DNA from: an uncultured virus (IMG/VR IMGVR_UViG_2788500181_000007)
Taxonomy: Duplodnaviria; Heunggongvirae; Uroviricota; Caudoviricetes
DNA: 20,000 bases
IMG/VR virus record: IMGVR_UViG_2788500181_000007
Direction: 5' to 3' (one strand)
A program made the position numbers and the translations under genes. The notes under the pieces are model-generated. The model was not told where the DNA came from. It saw only the letters and a list, made by a program, of their open reading frames with translations, and did not search any database. This document shows, in pieces, positions 17,408 through 20,000 of this stretch. Every line of letters begins with the position of its first letter. The first letter of the stretch is position 1.

Positions 17408-17602
17408 TCAGTCGAGGGAGTAGGACATAACCCACTTGGCACTTGGGTTAATCACATATTTCAGGTCGTCTTCGTCTTTTATGGTAGACTGTGCTCTGCG
17501 GAGCGCAGCTTGAGCGGTGTCTATTACTACCAACAAGCCTTCCAACTGTCTTTGCTTGCGTAGAAGAGCCCGCGCAAGCTGTCTTTCTTCTTTAGTAGCC
17601 AT
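17408..17602 (-). CDS. Hypothetical helical protein, 64 aa
   Basis: ATG-started ORF on the operon strand filling the intergenic space. Confidence 0.6.
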   Translation of the reverse strand: MATKEERQLARALLRKQRQLEGLLVVIDTAQAALRRAQSTIKDEDDLKYVINPSAKWVMSYSLD

Positions 17603-17720
17603 ATGACCCTCTTCGACCTTTGGCCTTTACGCAATGACCTTTGTCTATGCAGTCCTTGGTCTTCTTGCAACGCTTGCAGGTTTTAAAAGGAGTACGAGTA
17701 CCTTTTGACGTCTTTTTCAT
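17592..17720 (-). CDS. Small basic Cys4 protein, 42 aa; not in ORF track
   Basis: Translates as MKKTSKGTRTPFKTCKRCKKTKDCIDKGHCVKAKGRRGSYGY (CxxC-x5-C-x5-C); overlaps both neighbours. Confidence 0.5.
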   Translation of the reverse strand: MKKTSKGTRTPFKTCKRCKKTKDCIDKGHCVKAKGRRGSYGY

Positions 17721-18246
17721 AATGTTTAGCAATTAAGCCCCGCGTGTACGGAGTGTAGTAGGTTTGGTAATTATCTCTTTTCGAGGTGTTTACGTGCGGA
17801 AGAGTTTTCCGAGGGATGCCTATATCGTCGCAGACTTTATCGAAGTCATCCTGAAAGTTTTCCATCTTTATGATGTTATGAACCCCCTCCAACATGTGGG
17901 CTTGTTGGTCAATGGCCGTAGCGAAGTGGTGGAGAGTCTCGTAGTATTGCCTGTGGGCAGCGGGATTGACACAGAACTCCACCCACCCTTCAAAGTTTTC
18001 CACGCCGAACATTGGAAGGCCTTTTTTTAGCCTCCAATGATAGTAGCTAACCATCCGATCCCACGGGTTTCGAACCGTCCCAAACTTGTAGTAATTCTCG
18101 TATTGGGGAGTGTTGTAGAAGGCGGCGTATTTGTGCTTGTGGGGTACATCTGTCGTGTCGGCGTCATCTATAAACAGCTTTTCCAAGCTAGTGCCCCCCG
18201 TCTTAGGAGGGTGAATGTAGATAAAGAGATGTTCTTCGTTAATCAT
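17683..18246 (-). CDS. Sulfotransferase (Sulfotransfer_2 / carbohydrate sulfotransferase-like)
   Basis: PAPS 5'-PSB motif FIYIHPPKTGGTS, 3'-PB motif TVRNPWDRMVSYY, and C-terminal LPHVN..YYT..Y..D...Y.F pattern. Confidence 0.9.
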   Translation of the reverse strand: MINEEHLFIYIHPPKTGGTSLEKLFIDDADTTDVPHKHKYAAFYNTPQYENYYKFGTVRNPWDRMVSYYHWRLKKGLPMFGVENFEGWVEFCVNPAAHRQYYETLHHFATAIDQQAHMLEGVHNIIKMENFQDDFDKVCDDIGIPRKTLPHVNTSKRDNYQTYYTPYTRGLIAKHYEKDVKRYSYSF

Positions 18247-18962
18247 GGGACGTAGCAGATAGGGCCGTTCGGATCGTGCGGGGGTTCATGCTCGTCTTTT
18301 GGGATATCCGTGCCGTAATCCCCGATACTGACCCCCAGGTTTGCGTGGTAGACGTTAAGTTGATTGGTTGAATAGGCGGAGTCTATTGCGTAGAAATAGT
18401 CGGAGTTTAAATAGTCTACCATCTTCTGCGCGCTTGATCCTTTACATATGCTAAAGTGTGCGCCTCCGTACCGACCGTGACTGAACCTGTCTGCGAACTT
18501 CGATTCCTGATGGCAGTGTAGGAATTTATGAATATCCATAGACTGATCTACCTCGTCCGACCAAATATTCCTGAGCATATCCCACTCTTCCGGGAGGCAG
18601 TTGTTTTGAAATATGTAATCTATGCGTGCTTTTGTTTCGGGGGTAACAACGGCATCGTCTTCTACGATTATATAATCTCCCTCTTTACCAATGCGGGATT
18701 TGTGAATCTCCAGCTGAGATAAGTATACCCCAAATACCCCAAAAGCCCTGCCGAGGGTTTGCTCGTCGTGTAAATACTTCCGTATTCGTGCGATACTCCT
18801 TGCGTAGTATTCCTTATACTTACCCGTAAGAATGTCTTCTCGGGTAGGTCGTATTGCATCGAATCGCGTAATAGGGAAGCCGAGAACCGGGAGCGTGAGC
18901 TCCATATTTTCTTTCCTGTCAGGACGATAGAGTAGATTGACGTAGTAGACGTCGGTAATCAT
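18243..18962 (-). CDS. Glycosyltransferase family 25-like (LPS/LOS biosynthesis type)
   Basis: YYVNLLYRPDRKENM, TRFDAI, G-x-x-LS-Q (His usual at this position), IIVEDDA, and AID near the C-terminus. Confidence 0.8.
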   Translation of the reverse strand: MITDVYYVNLLYRPDRKENMELTLPVLGFPITRFDAIRPTREDILTGKYKEYYARSIARIRKYLHDEQTLGRAFGVFGVYLSQLEIHKSRIGKEGDYIIVEDDAVVTPETKARIDYIFQNNCLPEEWDMLRNIWSDEVDQSMDIHKFLHCHQESKFADRFSHGRYGGAHFSICKGSSAQKMVDYLNSDYFYAIDSAYSTNQLNVYHANLGVSIGDYGTDIPKDEHEPPHDPNGPICYVP

Positions 18963-19117
18963 TTTTTACGATCTCTCCACAGCTTAGCCAAAGAGAGGCT
19001 GAGGTGGACTAGTGTCAAAATTCCGCAGGCGAATGCCAGGTATGGGTTTATGTCGGTAAGTACGAAGGTGCCTCCGGTTCCGGTAAGAGCTAGAAAAGCG
19101 TTTGTGTGGTCATTCAT
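18959..19117 (-). CDS. Small membrane protein, holin-like, 52 aa; not in ORF track
   Basis: Translates as MNDHTNAFLALTGTGGTFVLTDINPYLAFACGILTLVHLSLSLAKLWRDRKK: two hydrophobic segments and a basic C-tail; ATGA overlaps at both ends. Confidence 0.65.
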   Translation of the reverse strand: MNDHTNAFLALTGTGGTFVLTDINPYLAFACGILTLVHLSLSLAKLWRDRKK

Positions 19118-19209
19118 TTGCATACCTCAAATACTACGATAATTAGGACGAGTACGATTAGGGCGGCGGCTATTTTCTGTTTTGAAGTTAAAAGTTTTAG
19201 GTTTTTCAT
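19114..19209 (-). CDS. Single-pass membrane peptide, 31 aa; not in ORF track
   Basis: Translates as MKNLKLLTSKQKIAAALIVLVLIIVVFEVCK: basic N-terminus plus one TM segment; ATGA overlaps at both ends. Confidence 0.65.
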   Translation of the reverse strand: MKNLKLLTSKQKIAAALIVLVLIIVVFEVCK

Positions 19210-19682
19210 GATGGTTTTGGTGGTTCGTTATTTCCCGGGTTGTTGGTCCCTACCGTGCGAGCGGGGAAAGGTGCGCGTGTTAGACTCTTTATGACTTCAC
19301 TCTTTGAGCATTGCCGGGCGACAAATATTGGGATCGCTAGATATGCGGCTAAGCATACCCCCGCAACTATTAGGATATTTTTTATTGTTGCGGTGAATTG
19401 AGCAAATAACCCACCGTTTTTTTCGGCTTGTTGTTTAAGCAGAGTCTCTACATCGCCTTTAGATATAGCTTCGATTGTGTCTTTTGCTTCGGTNANCTCT
19501 TCGTTNCCNCGNAGTATNTCNCCCGNCAGCCCACCNCCNGCCGCNCCGACNGCNGCNCCNCCCGGGCCNNCTAAANCNGCNCCTGTTGCNCCNCCCACAG
19601 TAGCCCCGATTGTCGGGTAGAACTGNTTAAANGANCAGCCNGTNAGNGNNGTAAGCNTNAGAAGTAGAGCAATGTATTTCAT
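19206..19682 (-). CDS. Lipoprotein with glycine zipper and C-terminal transmembrane segment (u-spanin-like topology)
   Basis: Resolving wobble Ns gives MKYIALLLxLTxLTG(C)SF...GATVGGATGAxLxGPGGAAVGAAGGGL...; the C-terminal TM is ILIVAGVCLAAYLAIPIFVA. The Cys codon reads TGN. Confidence 0.65.
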   Translation of the reverse strand: MKYIALLXXLXXXXGXXFXQFYPTIGATVXXATXXXLXGPXXXXVXAXXGGLXXXIXXXNEEXTEAKDTIEAISKGDVETLLKQQAEKNGGLFAQFTATIKNILIVAGVCLAAYLAIPIFVARQCSKSEVIKSLTRAPFPARTVGTNNPGNNEPPKPS

Positions 19683-19719
19683 AAAAAGAAAGGGGCTAGG
19701 GAACGNATCCCTAGCCCCT
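19683..19719 (-). terminator. Rho-independent terminator
   Basis: Perfect 12-bp stem AGGGGCTAGGGA/TCCCTAGCCCCT with a 5-nt loop, followed on the minus strand by TTCTTTTT. Confidence 0.85.
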
Positions 19720-19748
19720 CGGTTTAAACTAGGGTCTTTCNGCCTGNN

Positions 19749-20000
19749 TTAGGCNTTAAGAGCTGTGCTGAAGTCGGAAGNGGATCCGAGGCTGTCAGNA
19801 CCGATCNNAAGNGATCCAACTTGCATTGGAGCNTAAGACATNGNGCTGTCAGNACCGTCGATNTCNGAAGTAGCAGCNGTAGCGCTGGTCAAAACGGCAC
19901 GGAAGNNGTCNGCTCCTTCGTCCCATACGAAACCGGCGTTGCTTTGGCTCGATCCACGCTCAACGATGAAACCACCGTCGTTAGAAGCAGTAGCACTTCC
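19749..20000 (-). CDS. 3' end of a fibre-like virion protein (partial, starts beyond the window)
   Basis: Open frame ...SNDGGFIVERGSSQSNAGFVWDEGADxF...LGSxSDFSTALxA*. The D-x-G-x-x-x-ERG...WDE-x-x-D motif is common in aquatic phage fibre proteins. Confidence 0.7.
   Translation of the reverse strand, partial: GSATASNDGGFIVERGSSQSNAGFVWDEGXDXFRAVLTSAXAATXXIDGXDSXMSXAPMQVGXLXIGXDSLGSXSDFSTALXA

Noticed and set aside
11952..19911. Diversity-generating retroelement (repeat pair plus variable bases)
   Set aside because: No reverse transcriptase in the window. The repeat copies are in-frame tandem modules differing largely at synonymous sites rather than adenine-specifically, and the Ns are wobble-biased.
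1..20000. CRISPR array, rRNA/tRNA genes, IS elements, phage RNA polymerase, terminase/portal
   Set aside because: No regularly spaced repeats, RNA gene signatures, transposase motifs or such protein motifs were seen in this window.

Overview
This is a 20-kb fragment of a tailed dsDNA bacteriophage genome, probably temperate and podovirus-like, apparently a population consensus because it contains N bases. The + strand left part (85-4999) is a replication module: family A DNA polymerase (Leu762 type), dNMP kinase, AEP primase/SF3 helicase fusion and a PD-(D/E)XK nuclease. Two small - strand genes (one HTH) follow, divergent from an intact tyrosine integrase (5756-6931), with an attP-like intergenic region between them. 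Everything from 20000 down to 6928 is a - strand late region: fibre-like gene end, terminator, lipoprotein and small membrane genes (lysis-like), GT25 glycosyltransferase, sulfotransferase, scaffold, N4-gp56/DUF4043-like major capsid protein, adaptor-like protein, a 1037-aa repeat protein, a Cys-rich protein and a nozzle-like protein. The highlights are (i) an identically spaced CAACCGGT-N22-TANNNT-N6-ATG leaderless late-promoter motif, (ii) a glycine-zipper lipoprotein with u-spanin topology hidden by Ns, (iii) a coupled glycosyltransferase and sulfotransferase pair ahead of the capsid genes, (iv) tandem arm-type repeats plus a possible C-terminal degron on the integrase, (v) a non-canonical polymerase O-helix, and (vi) four small ORFs missed by the ORF track. 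All family assignments come from motif recognition by eye; no searches were run.
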